Sequence record: ON528727
Strand: one strand, 5' to 3'
DNA length: 64,000 nt
DNA from: Shigella phage ESh17
Shown: positions 1 through 8,975 of the stretch, in pieces
Numbering within the stretch: position 1 is the first letter of the stretch
Layout: each line of letters opens with the position of its first letter
The notes under the pieces: model-generated
Seen by the model: only the letters and a program-made list of their open reading frames with translations
The model's database searches: none
Told to the model about the DNA's origin: nothing
Program-made: the position numbers and the translations under genes

Positions 1-270
1 ACTGATAAAGAAATTTACCAACAAAAATGTGATGAAATTGTGAATACTCCTAAAGAAGAAACTACCCTTGAGGAACTAATGGAATGTCTTGACGATTCAC
101 CTGAACCGGTAGAAATTCGTCCAGAAGTTATTGCACTAGAAAAAGCTTATAAAGAAGTTCTAGAAATTTCTAATAAAGCGCAGAAAGAATATGAGCAGGC
201 TAAAAGGATTTGGGAAGAATCTGTTAATCGCCTGGATCGTCTTGAACAAGCTTTACAGTTAATTAAGTAA
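1..270 (+). CDS. hypothetical protein, 5'-partial (frame open from window start)
   Basis: Reading frame is open from position 1 to the stop at 268-270; charged helical C-terminus; nrdC-region small ORF by position. Confidence 0.45.
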   Translation, partial: TDKEIYQQKCDEIVNTPKEETTLEELMECLDDSPEPVEIRPEVIALEKAYKEVLEISNKAQKEYEQAKRIWEESVNRLDRLEQALQLIK

Positions 271-322
271 TTTAAAGCCAAGGATGGCTCGGAGTATAAA
301 TCATTAACCAAGTGAGAAGAAC

Positions 323-592
323 ATGAAAACTCGTAAACATTATATTGATTATTTTGACAGTCTTATTACTAAACATCGTAATTATCAGATAGGACACAGA
401 GCAGTAATCAATAATATTCTTCGTGATTTTTTAGACTATATTGGATGGGAAAACCATATTTGTAAAGATACACAAAATGCATATTCACATTCTCTTGGTT
501 CTTTGCTAGAGTGGTTCAAACGTTCCCGATTACTATCTTCTGTGATAGCTGTTAATAATGTTAAAAAAATTTATGTATCCAAGCTACATTGA
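323..592 (+). CDS. hypothetical protein (89 aa)
   Basis: ATG ORF in T4-like compact gene array; overlaps next ORF start. Confidence 0.4.
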   Translation: MKTRKHYIDYFDSLITKHRNYQIGHRAVINNILRDFLDYIGWENHICKDTQNAYSHSLGSLLEWFKRSRLLSSVIAVNNVKKIYVSKLH

Positions 593-1250
593 GACTAATG
601 TATCAAATGCTAATGTTGTTACATTTAATATTATTAATGACGTGAAAAGAACTTATTTAGAAGAATGGTTTTCTAAAAATAGTAAAGAAAAATTTGCTAG
701 TGAGTTTTCACATGAATTTAATAATAATGTGAATATGCTTTTTAAGCATTCTCGTAGACTGTTTTGTCATGGCGATGATCGTACTATTAATGTAAATGTA
801 AAAGATTGGGTTACGGCTAAATTCATTCCATCATCACAGAATGGACCATTTGAGTTGTCAATTATTGTTTGTGCTCCGCATGAAATATATAAAAATCTTC
901 CATATATGAAACCATGCGAAGCTAATAAACATAATAAAACGATTCGTTCTTTGACTTATAATCTTCGCACGTTATTATCTAAAATGGACGTAGTTGAATC
1001 CTTTGATGATAATACAAATTATGGTCTTTCACTGTTTGAAACTAAAGTTGTTATTAAGTTAAAGGACCCTAGTAAATTTAAACCTACGCCAAAGCCCAAT
1101 CATGGGAATGATACTATGAAAGAAGAACGCGAATATCTCAGCGCCCGTTTGATTGAAGTTGAAAAACAGATTGAAGAGCATACTAAAGTTATTAAGGCTT
1201 TAACCGCCAAAGCAAATGGTTTACGTGATGCTATTGAGGTACTGAAATGA
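558..1250 (+). CDS. hypothetical protein (230 aa)
   Basis: Long ORF, same strand as neighbours; stop overlaps the next start (ATGA at 1247-1250). Confidence 0.5.
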   Translation: MLKKFMYPSYIETNVSNANVVTFNIINDVKRTYLEEWFSKNSKEKFASEFSHEFNNNVNMLFKHSRRLFCHGDDRTINVNVKDWVTAKFIPSSQNGPFELSIIVCAPHEIYKNLPYMKPCEANKHNKTIRSLTYNLRTLLSKMDVVESFDDNTNYGLSLFETKVVIKLKDPSKFKPTPKPNHGNDTMKEEREYLSARLIEVEKQIEEHTKVIKALTAKANGLRDAIEVLK

Positions 1251-1543
1251 AAAAGCGTTTATTAGAAGATATTGCCGAAGCTTCAGATTTTCCTGAATGG
1301 ACTCCATGCGCTGGGTTTGATAAAGGACTGCTAGTTACTGACGATTTAGATTTTAAACCTCCAGCTTGGGATGCCATTATGGCTATGGTTGAACGTCGCG
1401 AAAGGGCTTCTAAAAGCGTTCCTAATTGTCCTGAATGCGGTACTGAACAGGTACAATTAGTTCATTGGCAGACTAGTAATCTTCGTTATAAATGTCGTCA
1501 TTGTAAACACCGATTTGACCGAGAAGAAAATGACAAAGCGTAA
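1247..1543 (+). CDS. zinc-ribbon protein (CPECG ... CRHCKH)
   Basis: Two CxxC pairs in the C-terminal half; translationally coupled to the upstream ORF. Confidence 0.5.
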
Positions 1544-1772
1544 AGAATATATGGAGACTGCTGAAAAGGCAGTCCGTGAATTAGCAATAGCGTATTATAA
1601 TGAACATGGTAAATTTCCTGATAGATACAGCGTGCTTAAATCTGCTTTAACTCGTTCATATAAAAATATGCTATCAGAAGTAAGTGATATTATATACAAA
1701 CATAAAGAACAAACGGGTCAAAGTCTTGATTACGACGAGACTTTTAAACAAGTACTAGGAATTAAGGAATAA
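1515..1772 (+). CDS. hypothetical protein (85 aa)
   Basis: ATG ORF ending 2 nt before the nrdC start. Confidence 0.45.
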
Positions 1773-1773
1773 T

Positions 1774-2037
1774 ATGTTTAAAGTATATGGTTATGATAGC
1801 AACATCCATAAATGTGTGTATTGCGATAATGCAAAACGTCTTTTGACTGTAAAGAAACAGCCGTTTGAATTTATCAACATTATGCCGGAAAAAGGTGTTT
1901 TTGATGATGAGAAAATCGCTGAGCTTCTGACGAAACTAGGTCGTGATACTCAAATTGGACTGACGATGCCACAAGTATTTGCTCCTGATGGAAGTCATAT
2001 TGGCGGATTTGACCAATTGCGGGAATACTTTAAATGA
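1774..2037 (+). CDS. nrdC: phage thioredoxin/glutaredoxin (T4 NrdC-like)
   Basis: 87 aa with CVYC active-site motif near the N-terminus; sequence recalled as T4 NrdC; position upstream of gene 49. Confidence 0.8.
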   Translation: MFKVYGYDSNIHKCVYCDNAKRLLTVKKQPFEFINIMPEKGVFDDEKIAELLTKLGRDTQIGLTMPQVFAPDGSHIGGFDQLREYFK

Positions 2038-2249
2038 TGCTCGAAGGAACTGATTATATCCATGACTACCGCGGAAGCGCGGTATATGTAGGTGATGAGG
2101 TTGCAGTTTACTATGGGTATGGAACTTTGATGACAGCCAAAGTTATTCAAATTAAAAATAACCGTGCTAAACTCGAAGTTTATTATTCTAATGGTGAAAA
2201 GTCTATTTCTAAGTGGAAATACGGCGATTGTATGGTCAAATTGGGGTAA
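2034..2249 (+). CDS. hypothetical protein (71 aa)
   Basis: ATGA overlap with the nrdC stop. Confidence 0.45.
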   Translation: MMLEGTDYIHDYRGSAVYVGDEVAVYYGYGTLMTAKVIQIKNNRAKLEVYYSNGEKSISKWKYGDCMVKLG

Positions 2250-2251
2250 AT

Positions 2252-2422
2252 ATGATTTACGATATTAGTGTATCAAGAGCTCCATCAATGGTTACTATTC
2301 CTGCTGAAGAATTAGATCGTCTTCAGAAAATTGAAGAGCTTCTTTGGGAAATTGAATCTGATTTGCCATCAGGACTAGAATCCTGGATTGATTATGAAGA
2401 ACTTAATAAATTGCGAAATTAA
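2252..2422 (+). CDS. hypothetical small acidic protein (56 aa)
   Basis: ATG at 2252 immediately after the upstream stop; the track ORF 2213.. is a 5' extension overlapping the preceding gene. Confidence 0.35.
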   Translation: MIYDISVSRAPSMVTIPAEELDRLQKIEELLWEIESDLPSGLESWIDYEELNKLRN

Positions 2423-2432
2423 TTGGTGAAAA

Positions 2433-2753
2433 ATGAATATTGAAAATAAATTAGATGTTGATGCAGTTCTAAGTGAAATCATCGAAGACCATGATGCATT
2501 TTCAGAAAATTATGATTTCGATTTTTCGGATTATCTTAAACCTGTCGAAATAGAAGATTGGGTACAAGATGGCAAATGCCAATATCGTCAGTGTGTTTAT
2601 TTTAGTCCAAAACATAACGTTCATGTGTCTGTAAATGAAACTCGCTCAGGTTCTTACCATTCTGACTGGTATTATGCAGTTCCGACTGTTGAACTAGTCG
2701 AGCCCCGTGAACGTGTAGTAACTCAGACAGTACGAGAATGGATTACGCTATAA
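2433..2753 (+). CDS. hypothetical protein (106 aa)
   Basis: ATG ORF with GGTGAAAA ribosome-binding site upstream. Confidence 0.5.
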   Translation: MNIENKLDVDAVLSEIIEDHDAFSENYDFDFSDYLKPVEIEDWVQDGKCQYRQCVYFSPKHNVHVSVNETRSGSYHSDWYYAVPTVELVEPRERVVTQTVREWITL

Positions 2754-2876
2754 AACCTTGGTGGGCGGCTAGATGGGAAACTGTAGAGCCAGAGCCGGAA
2801 GAACCGGTTTACACTGATGAAGAAACAATATATAATGAACCGACGATAAATGACTTAATTGATATGGAGATGGGAT

Positions 2877-3323
2877 ATGATTGCAGTAGATAAGTGGTTT
2901 AGAATTAATCGTGCTGATAAAGGGCTGTGTAATTACTGGCCGGAACTTAGTGCAGGTACTGTCTTTAAAGTTCGTGAACTTGCAAAAGAATGTGAAGATG
3001 ACATAGAACCTGATACTGGAATTATTGAAATTGAACTTTCTGATGGAAAGATTATTAACATCTACGATAAGCCAATTACGTATTGGTGCTTGTGGAATAC
3101 TGAATCCGCAGAAAATGGCGAAATTGAAGAGGTCGTAGAACGAGTTGATCAAGTTATTCATAAACCTAAAGCCGCTTTTCAAGGTGAACGCATTTCATAT
3201 GCATTAGCTAAATTAGCTGCACAAGAAAATAATGATGGTTATGAAGGAAATTTAATGCAAGCTGCGGCAGAATATATTGAATGGCTTGAAACTCAAATTT
3301 CTTTTTCTGACCGAGCGTTTTAA
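2877..3323 (+). CDS. hypothetical protein (148 aa from ATG; track ORF starts at TTG 2859)
   Basis: ATG at 2877 in frame with the track ORF. Confidence 0.45.
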   Translation: MIAVDKWFRINRADKGLCNYWPELSAGTVFKVRELAKECEDDIEPDTGIIEIELSDGKIINIYDKPITYWCLWNTESAENGEIEEVVERVDQVIHKPKAAFQGERISYALAKLAAQENNDGYEGNLMQAAAEYIEWLETQISFSDRAF

Positions 3324-3341
3324 TACTTGAAAATAATAAAT

Positions 3342-3372
3342 ACCCTTATCTATTCAAGGTAAGGGTTTTATT
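3342..3372 (+). terminator. stem-loop (ACCCTTA ... TAAGGGT) followed by T-run, directly upstream of the gene 49 start
   Basis: Inverted repeat 3342-3348 / 3360-3366 then TTTTATT; could act as a terminator or as a translation-initiation structure for gene 49. Confidence 0.35.
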
Positions 3373-3846
3373 ATGTTATTGACTGGCAAATTATACAAAG
3401 AAGAAAAACAAAAATTTTATAATGCACAAAACGGTAAATGCTTAATTTGCCAACGAGAACTAAATCCTGATGTTCAAGCTAATCATCTTGACCATGACCA
3501 TGAATTAAATGGACCAAAAGCAGGAAAGGTACGTGGATTGCTCTGTAATCTCTGCAATGCTGCGGAAGGTCAAATGAAGCATAAATTTAATCGTTCTGGC
3601 TTAAAGGGACAAGGTGTTGATTATCTTGAATGGTTAGAAAATTTACTTACTTATTTAAAATCCGATTACACCCAAAATAATATTCACCCTAACTTTGTTG
3701 GAGATAAATCAAAGGAATTTTCTCGTTTAGGAAAAGAGGAAATGATGGCCGAGATGCTTCAAAGAGGATTTGAATATAATGAATCTGACACCAAAACACA
3801 GTTAATAGCTTCATTTAAGAAGCAGCTTAGAAAGAGTTTAAAATGA
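3373..3846 (+). CDS. 49: endonuclease VII (Holliday-junction resolvase)
   Basis: 157 aa; Cys cluster CLICQ ... CNLCN and HLDHDHE motif; matches recalled T4 gp49; directly upstream of nrdD. Confidence 0.85.
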   Translation: MLLTGKLYKEEKQKFYNAQNGKCLICQRELNPDVQANHLDHDHELNGPKAGKVRGLLCNLCNAAEGQMKHKFNRSGLKGQGVDYLEWLENLLTYLKSDYTQNNIHPNFVGDKSKEFSRLGKEEMMAEMLQRGFEYNESDTKTQLIASFKKQLRKSLK

Positions 3847-5660
3847 CAATTGAAAAAGAAATTGAAGGATTGATTCATAAAACTAATAAAGACCTTTTAA
3901 ACGAGAATGCTAATAAAGATTCTCGTGTTTTTCCAACTCAACGGGACCTTATGGCTGGTATTGTGTCTAAACACATTGCCAAAAATATGGTCCCGTCTTT
4001 TATTATGAAAGCGCATGAAAGCGGAATTATTCATTTCCACGATATTGATTATTCTCCTGCTCTTCCATTTACTAATTGTTGTTTAGTAGATTTAAAAGGA
4101 ATGCTTGAGAATGGATTTAAGCTTGGTAATGCGCAGATTGAAACTCCTAAATCAATTGGAGTTGCTACTGCAATTATGGCACAAATTACTGCACAGGTTG
4201 CTTCCCATCAATACGGCGGAACGACTTTTGCTAATGTAGATAAAGTACTTTCTCCTTATGTTAAACGCACCTATGCAAAACATATTGAGGATGCAGAAAA
4301 ATGGCAAATCGCCGATGCACTGAATTATGCTCAATCTAAAACAGAAAAAGATGTATACGATGCATTCCAAGCTTATGAATATGAAGTAAATACTCTCTTT
4401 AGTTCAAACGGACAAACGCCTTTTGTAACAATTACATTTGGTACGGGAACTGACTGGACTGAACGAATGATTCAGAAAGCAATTCTGAAAAATCGTATTA
4501 AAGGTCTTGGTCGTGATGGGATAACTCCTATTTTCCCTAAGCTTGTTATGTTTGTTGAAGAAGGTGTTAATCTTTATAAAGACGATCCGAACTATGATAT
4601 TAAACAGCTTGCTCTAGAGTGCGCAAGCAAAAGGATGTATCCTGATATTATTTCAGCTAAGAACAATAAAGCTATCACTGGTTCATCTGTTCCTGTTTCT
4701 CCGATGGGTTGCCGTAGTTTCTTGAGCGTATGGAAAGATTCGACTGGTAATGAAATTCTTGATGGACGTAATAATCTTGGTGTTGTAACACTGAATCTTC
4801 CTCGTATCGCATTAGATTCTTATATTGGAACACAGTTCAATGAACAGAAATTTATCGAATTGTTCAATGAGCGAATGGATTTGTGTTTTGAAGCTTTGAT
4901 GTGTAGAATTAGTTCCTTAAAAGGAGTTAAAGCAACTGTTGCTCCTATTCTTTACCAAGAAGGTGCATTCGGGGTTCGTCTTAAACCTGATGACGATATA
5001 ATTGAGTTATTTAAAAATGGCAGAAGTTCAGTGTCTCTAGGATACATTGGTATTCACGAATTGAATATTCTTGTCGGTCGTGATATTGGACGAGAAATTT
5101 TAACTAAAATGAATGCTCATCTTAAACAGTGGACCGAAAGAACCGGATTTGCTTTTAGTTTATATTCTACTCCTGCTGAAAACCTGTGTTATCGCTTCTG
5201 TAAACTCGATACAGAAAAATATGGAAGCGTAAAAGATGTTACTGATAAAGGCTGGTACACTAACAGTTTCCATGTTTCAGTAGAAGAAAATATTACTCCG
5301 TTTGAAAAGATTTCTCGTGAAGCGCCATATCATTTCATTGCGACAGGTGGTCACATTTCTTATGTTGAACTTCCTGATATGAAAAATAACTTGAAAGGCC
5401 TTGAGGCCGTATGGGATTATGCTGCACAACATTTAGATTATTTTGGTGTTAATATGCCAGTAGATAAATGTTTTACATGTGGAAGTACCCATGAAATGAC
5501 TCCTACTGAAAACGGATTTGTTTGTTCTATTTGTGGAGAAACTGATCCTAAAAAGATGAATACCATAAGAAGAACATGTGGTTATTTGGGAAATCCGAAC
5601 GAACGCGGATTTAATCTCGGTAAAAATAAAGAAATCATGCATAGGGTTAAACACCAATGA
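3843..5660 (+). CDS. nrdD: anaerobic ribonucleoside-triphosphate reductase, uninterrupted
   Basis: 605 aa; C-terminal zinc ribbon (CFTCGS ... CSICGE) and glycyl-radical motif RRTCGYLG; ATGA coupling with gene 49. Confidence 0.9.
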   Translation: MTIEKEIEGLIHKTNKDLLNENANKDSRVFPTQRDLMAGIVSKHIAKNMVPSFIMKAHESGIIHFHDIDYSPALPFTNCCLVDLKGMLENGFKLGNAQIETPKSIGVATAIMAQITAQVASHQYGGTTFANVDKVLSPYVKRTYAKHIEDAEKWQIADALNYAQSKTEKDVYDAFQAYEYEVNTLFSSNGQTPFVTITFGTGTDWTERMIQKAILKNRIKGLGRDGITPIFPKLVMFVEEGVNLYKDDPNYDIKQLALECASKRMYPDIISAKNNKAITGSSVPVSPMGCRSFLSVWKDSTGNEILDGRNNLGVVTLNLPRIALDSYIGTQFNEQKFIELFNERMDLCFEALMCRISSLKGVKATVAPILYQEGAFGVRLKPDDDIIELFKNGRSSVSLGYIGIHELNILVGRDIGREILTKMNAHLKQWTERTGFAFSLYSTPAENLCYRFCKLDTEKYGSVKDVTDKGWYTNSFHVSVEENITPFEKISREAPYHFIATGGHISYVELPDMKNNLKGLEAVWDYAAQHLDYFGVNMPVDKCFTCGSTHEMTPTENGFVCSICGETDPKKMNTIRRTCGYLGNPNERGFNLGKNKEIMHRVKHQ

Positions 5661-6127
5661 ATTATGATAGATTTTATCCTTGCGATTTTGTGAATGGCCC
5701 TGGTTGCAGGGTCGTTCTTTTCGTTACAGGTTGTTTGCATAAATGTGAAGGGTGTTATAATAAATCAACATGGAATGCTAGAAATGGTATTCCATTCACT
5801 GGTGAAACACTAGAACAATTAATTGAATGTTTGAATAATGATTATATAGAAGGATTGACTATAACTGGAGGAGACCCTCTCTATCCTGACAATCGAGATG
5901 TTATTCATTGCATTGTTCAAACAGTAAAAAATCTTTATCCCAATAAAAGCATTTGGTTGTGGACAGGATATAAGTTTGAAGATATTAAACAACTAGAAAT
6001 GCTTAAATATGTTGATGTTATTATTGATGGGAAGTATGAGAAAAATCTTCCGACTAAAAAGCTGTGGCGAGGATCAGATAATCAGCGGCTTTGGTCAAAT
6101 ACCGATGGGGTGTGGAAACATGATTAA
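5657..6127 (+). CDS. nrdG: anaerobic RNR activating enzyme (radical SAM)
   Basis: CLHKCEGC (Cx3Cx2C) radical-SAM cluster motif; ATGA overlap with nrdD. Confidence 0.85.
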   Translation: MNYDRFYPCDFVNGPGCRVVLFVTGCLHKCEGCYNKSTWNARNGIPFTGETLEQLIECLNNDYIEGLTITGGDPLYPDNRDVIHCIVQTVKNLYPNKSIWLWTGYKFEDIKQLEMLKYVDVIIDGKYEKNLPTKKLWRGSDNQRLWSNTDGVWKHD

Positions 6128-6242
6128 ATTGAATTATATTATGGATACTATAAATGATATGATTTTTCATTTTGGTCCAGAATTTTATTCGCAATATAGT
6201 TTAGTGCTTATCAATGCTTGGTTAATCAATTAAGGGTAAAAT

Positions 6243-6458
6243 ATGTATAAATTTCGTAAAGGTTTAGCTGATTTTCTTACAACTGTAACGTTCTTTTTGT
6301 TTATGGCAGTTGGTGCTATTTTTCTTATTCCTTTTATTGCTATATTTTTCGTGATTAGCTTAATTTCTCCAGAAAAAGGCTTATCTTCTAGCGAGTTCAA
6401 TGAGCGTCTGGATAAAATTACTAACAAGCTGAATTCTGTTCTTGATAAAAAGGCTTAA
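6243..6458 (+). CDS. small membrane protein (71 aa)
   Basis: Hydrophobic stretch TVTFFLFMAVGAIFLIPFIAIFFVISLI; ATG ORF. Confidence 0.45.
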   Translation: MYKFRKGLADFLTTVTFFLFMAVGAIFLIPFIAIFFVISLISPEKGLSSSEFNERLDKITNKLNSVLDKKA

Positions 6459-6460
6459 TT

Positions 6461-6772
6461 ATGATTAGTTTTGAGCGGTATGTGGTAGAGAGTTGGAAGG
6501 GGTTTGATATGTTCGGTAATGACTATTATTTTTACGAATGTAGTCTAAATCCTAGTTTTTGGGCTGGACGTGAACGAGATCTCGAAGAAATTAATGCTCG
6601 TGCCGAATTGTTAGGTGAACTGCCTACGGTTTATTTTACCTTTGATGCATCTGGATTTGTTATCCAGGTTTATTTTCCTGAAGAAAACTCTGGCGAGGAT
6701 TCTGTTAATCCTCCTTATTGGGCTTACCAAGGAATTATTTCTCGTGGAACAAAACTCGAACTTAAAGAATAA
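6461..6772 (+). CDS. hypothetical protein (103 aa)
   Basis: ATG ORF starting 2 nt after the previous stop. Confidence 0.5.
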   Translation: MISFERYVVESWKGFDMFGNDYYFYECSLNPSFWAGRERDLEEINARAELLGELPTVYFTFDASGFVIQVYFPEENSGEDSVNPPYWAYQGIISRGTKLELKE

Positions 6773-6773
6773 G

Positions 6774-7067
6774 ATTGAAGTCTATGGAATTCCAGATGAA
6801 GTAGGTCGTTGTCCTGGATGTCAATCAGTTACAAAACTTCTAAAGGAGCTCAATGCTCCTTTTACTTTCTATAAAGTTCTTACAAATAGCGGTAAGATTG
6901 AGTATGATCGTCCACTGATTGTATCTCTTGCTAAACGCGCTGGATTCACATCTCTTAACATTCGTTATCCAGTCATTTTCATTAATGATTCTAGACAAAA
7001 GAACATTAAACACTTCAAAGAAACTCTCATTTCACTTGGATATGATAGAGATATCATAGAAGATTAA
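6774..7067 (+). CDS. nrdH: glutaredoxin-like protein (NrdH-like); start codon uncertain
   Basis: CPGC redox motif near the N-terminus of the domain; no in-frame ATG/GTG/TTG after the upstream gene's stop, so ATT 6774 is the first available codon; the track's ATG 6615 extension overlaps the upstream gene. Confidence 0.55.
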   Translation: MEVYGIPDEVGRCPGCQSVTKLLKELNAPFTFYKVLTNSGKIEYDRPLIVSLAKRAGFTSLNIRYPVIFINDSRQKNIKHFKETLISLGYDRDIIED

Positions 7068-7070
7068 GAC

Positions 7071-7093
7071 GGGCCCTCTGGGCCTTTCTTTCT
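7071..7093 (+). terminator. rho-independent terminator (GGCCC-TCT-GGGCC + T-rich)
   Basis: Hairpin at 7072-7084 followed by TTTCTTTCT. Confidence 0.5.
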
Positions 7094-7149
7094 CACATTC
7101 TGTATATTACCATTCTAAGCTATCGTTCCTTTCTTATCATTCCCTAAAA

Positions 7150-7200
7150 TATTTTTCACAAAGTTGTTTACAACAAGTTCAAACCGTGGTATTATTAACA
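7150..7200 (+). promoter_or_regulatory. T4-type early promoter
   Basis: A/T-rich upstream element, -35 GTTTAC 7166-7171, -10 TATTAT 7190-7195. Confidence 0.55.
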
Positions 7201-7225
7201 TATGAATTACCTTTGAGGAATTGAT

Positions 7226-7408
7226 ATGGTTGTGGTTGATAAAGAAATTAAAAAGGGACAGTATTATCTCATTAATGGTAATGCTGTTCGTGTTACTCAT
7301 GTAAACAGTTTTGAAGTTTGCTATATTATACTCAAGTTACATAAACGTATGATTTGTGATCGTGCTGTATTTAGTTCAGTTGCTAAGGAAATTAAACTCC
7401 ATGGGTAA
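7226..7408 (+). CDS. hypothetical protein (60 aa)
   Basis: First ORF downstream of the early promoter. Confidence 0.4.
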   Translation: MVVVDKEIKKGQYYLINGNAVRVTHVNSFEVCYIILKLHKRMICDRAVFSSVAKEIKLHG

Positions 7409-7694
7409 AACGTATCGTCGTAAAGACTTAAAAGTGCGTGATTATGACTATTTCGGAAAGCGTAAAGCTCCTGATGGTGTAAGTCATAAAGATATGGTTG
7501 AAAACATTTTTCGCTCAGATAAATGGCGTAGAATGAAAGGCATTGATTCAGAAGTTAAAGATGAGTTAAATCGTCAATTACGCGGTGAAGTAAGAAAGTT
7601 GAAAAAATCAGTTTACATTGATGATGATTTTGATTATAATACTTCTCAACGAGTTGCTAAACGTAAATCAAACGAGTGTTATCGTTACAGCTGA
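7401..7694 (+). CDS. hypothetical basic protein (97 aa from ATG 7401)
   Basis: ATG 7401 in frame with track ORF 7356..; Lys/Arg-rich. Confidence 0.45.
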   Translation: MGKTYRRKDLKVRDYDYFGKRKAPDGVSHKDMVENIFRSDKWRRMKGIDSEVKDELNRQLRGEVRKLKKSVYIDDDFDYNTSQRVAKRKSNECYRYS

Positions 7695-7701
7695 GGAAAA
7701 T

Positions 7702-7833
7702 ATGAATATCAAACGCATGCTTTTTAAGCAGGGGTTATACACTTTAAATGTTACTCCAAAAGGCGATACAACTAAGTGGTCAGTAAATGACTGGATTAAA
7801 TTCATTGATGAAAACGGTAATTGGAAAATTTAA
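7702..7833 (+). CDS. hypothetical small protein (43 aa)
   Basis: GAGGAAA ribosome-binding site then ATG 7702; ends at the next gene's start. Confidence 0.3.
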   Translation: MNIKRMLFKQGLYTLNVTPKGDTTKWSVNDWIKFIDENGNWKI

Positions 7834-8034
7834 ATGAATCCTGAATCTAAATTATCGCAGCGAATTGCCGAAGCTCGTCGTCAGTTCTTTGAAAATATGA
7901 TAGCACAAGGTATTGATGACGAAGTTTTTCTAAACTGGTTTTGGAATCACAAATATTCAAGTTGCTCAGGAGCAATATTAATATCAGCCGCAATGATGTA
8001 TGAAGGCTGGAAGGGTGCCAAAAAGTTTAGCTAA
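7834..8034 (+). CDS. hypothetical protein (66 aa)
   Basis: ATG ORF followed directly by a terminator. Confidence 0.45.
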   Translation: MNPESKLSQRIAEARRQFFENMIAQGIDDEVFLNWFWNHKYSSCSGAILISAAMMYEGWKGAKKFS

Positions 8035-8052
8035 GGGCTTCGGCCCTTTTTG
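8035..8052 (+). terminator. rho-independent terminator (GGGC-TTCG-GCCC + TTTTT)
   Basis: UUCG tetraloop hairpin with T-run. Confidence 0.65.
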
Positions 8053-8086
8053 GATAATAAAATTTTAATGCAATTGAGGATAATGT

Positions 8087-8413
8087 ATGACTATTCAAAT
8101 TAAAAACGCCATCAATTCTTACGCATATGATAAAGTAGTTTCTTTGCTAGAAAAAGGCGATATTGTAACTCCTCAAATTTTGGATAAATGGGAAAAAGAG
8201 CTTCATCAGACGATGAAACAGAATGATCAGAAGATTGGACGCAATACTGTCCGTGAATTGTTGGTTCAATATATCTTGTCAGAATTTGATGTTAAAGCTT
8301 TTGGTGTAGAATCTAAAGCTTATCAAAAGCATGAAATTTCCGATAAAACTATTCGTCGCATGAAAAATCAACGCAAGAAAAAATTTGCAGACCTGAAAAT
8401 TACTAAGGTATAA
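8087..8413 (+). CDS. hypothetical protein (108 aa)
   Basis: ATG ORF with GAGGATAA ribosome-binding site. Confidence 0.5.
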   Translation: MTIQIKNAINSYAYDKVVSLLEKGDIVTPQILDKWEKELHQTMKQNDQKIGRNTVRELLVQYILSEFDVKAFGVESKAYQKHEISDKTIRRMKNQRKKKFADLKITKV

Positions 8414-8415
8414 TT

Positions 8416-8631
8416 ATGAACGAAGCTCTTATTAACGATTTGCGTCTTGCCGGATATGAAGTAAATACAAACGGCAATGGTTTAACTCAAATTGAAGGAA
8501 ATGGATTCATCCTTGAGTATGAATTTAGCCAATGGTGGTTATATGCCAATTATGGCGAATTGATTGAATATGTTGACCAATTTGATTCACTAGATGCAGC
8601 TCTTGAAGCGGCTAAGTTGATGAATGTATGA
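8416..8631 (+). CDS. hypothetical acidic protein (71 aa)
   Basis: ATG ORF, tight spacing. Confidence 0.45.
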   Translation: MNEALINDLRLAGYEVNTNGNGLTQIEGNGFILEYEFSQWWLYANYGELIEYVDQFDSLDAALEAAKLMNV

Positions 8632-8897
8632 AATTTATTAATATTTCTATTACTATTGAAAATTATGGCATTTTCTATGTTGACCAATACATGAAAATTT
8701 CATTTTTCCCAAATAAAACTGGTGTTGGATATTGGGAAAGTCATGTTTCTGAATTAAATGAAAGTGAATATGTTAGTACACATGAAAAGTTTTTAGACTT
8801 TTTATATCATGCTGATCTAACTAGTCATTATATAGATATTCATGAATTTAAAAAGATGATGGAGAAAGTATTCCAAGCATACTGTTTACTTAGATAA
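8628..8897 (+). CDS. hypothetical protein (89 aa)
   Basis: ATGA overlap with the upstream ORF. Confidence 0.45.
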   Translation: MKFINISITIENYGIFYVDQYMKISFFPNKTGVGYWESHVSELNESEYVSTHEKFLDFLYHADLTSHYIDIHEFKKMMEKVFQAYCLLR

Positions 8898-8904
8898 CTG
8901 ATAT

Positions 8905-8950
8905 TCTCTATGCTTTAAGATAGATCTTCAAATATTATGATATAATAGAT
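8905..8950 (+). promoter_or_regulatory. candidate MotA-dependent middle promoter upstream of gene 55
   Basis: MotA-box-like TGCTTTA 8911-8917 followed by several overlapping TATnaT -10 candidates (TATTAT / TATGAT / TATAAT); spacing ambiguous. Confidence 0.4.
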
Positions 8951-8975
8951 CTATGAATTGAGCTAAGAGGTGAAA

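Noticed and set aside
4152-4370. Minus-strand ORF inside nrdD (also 5433-5657)
   Set aside because: Lies antisense within a well-supported coding region; no ribosome-binding site; low-complexity translation. Shadow ORF.
6615-6773. ATG 6615 N-terminal extension of the glutaredoxin-like ORF
   Set aside because: Overlaps the preceding gene's 3' end in another frame and encodes an implausible hydrophobic peptide. Treated as out-of-frame read-through, not the true N-terminus, though the real start remains unresolved.
8884-8889. GTTTAC hexamer near 8884 as an early-promoter -35 element
   Set aside because: No suitably spaced -10 element follows (the downstream sequence is the MotA-box region), so it was not called an early promoter.
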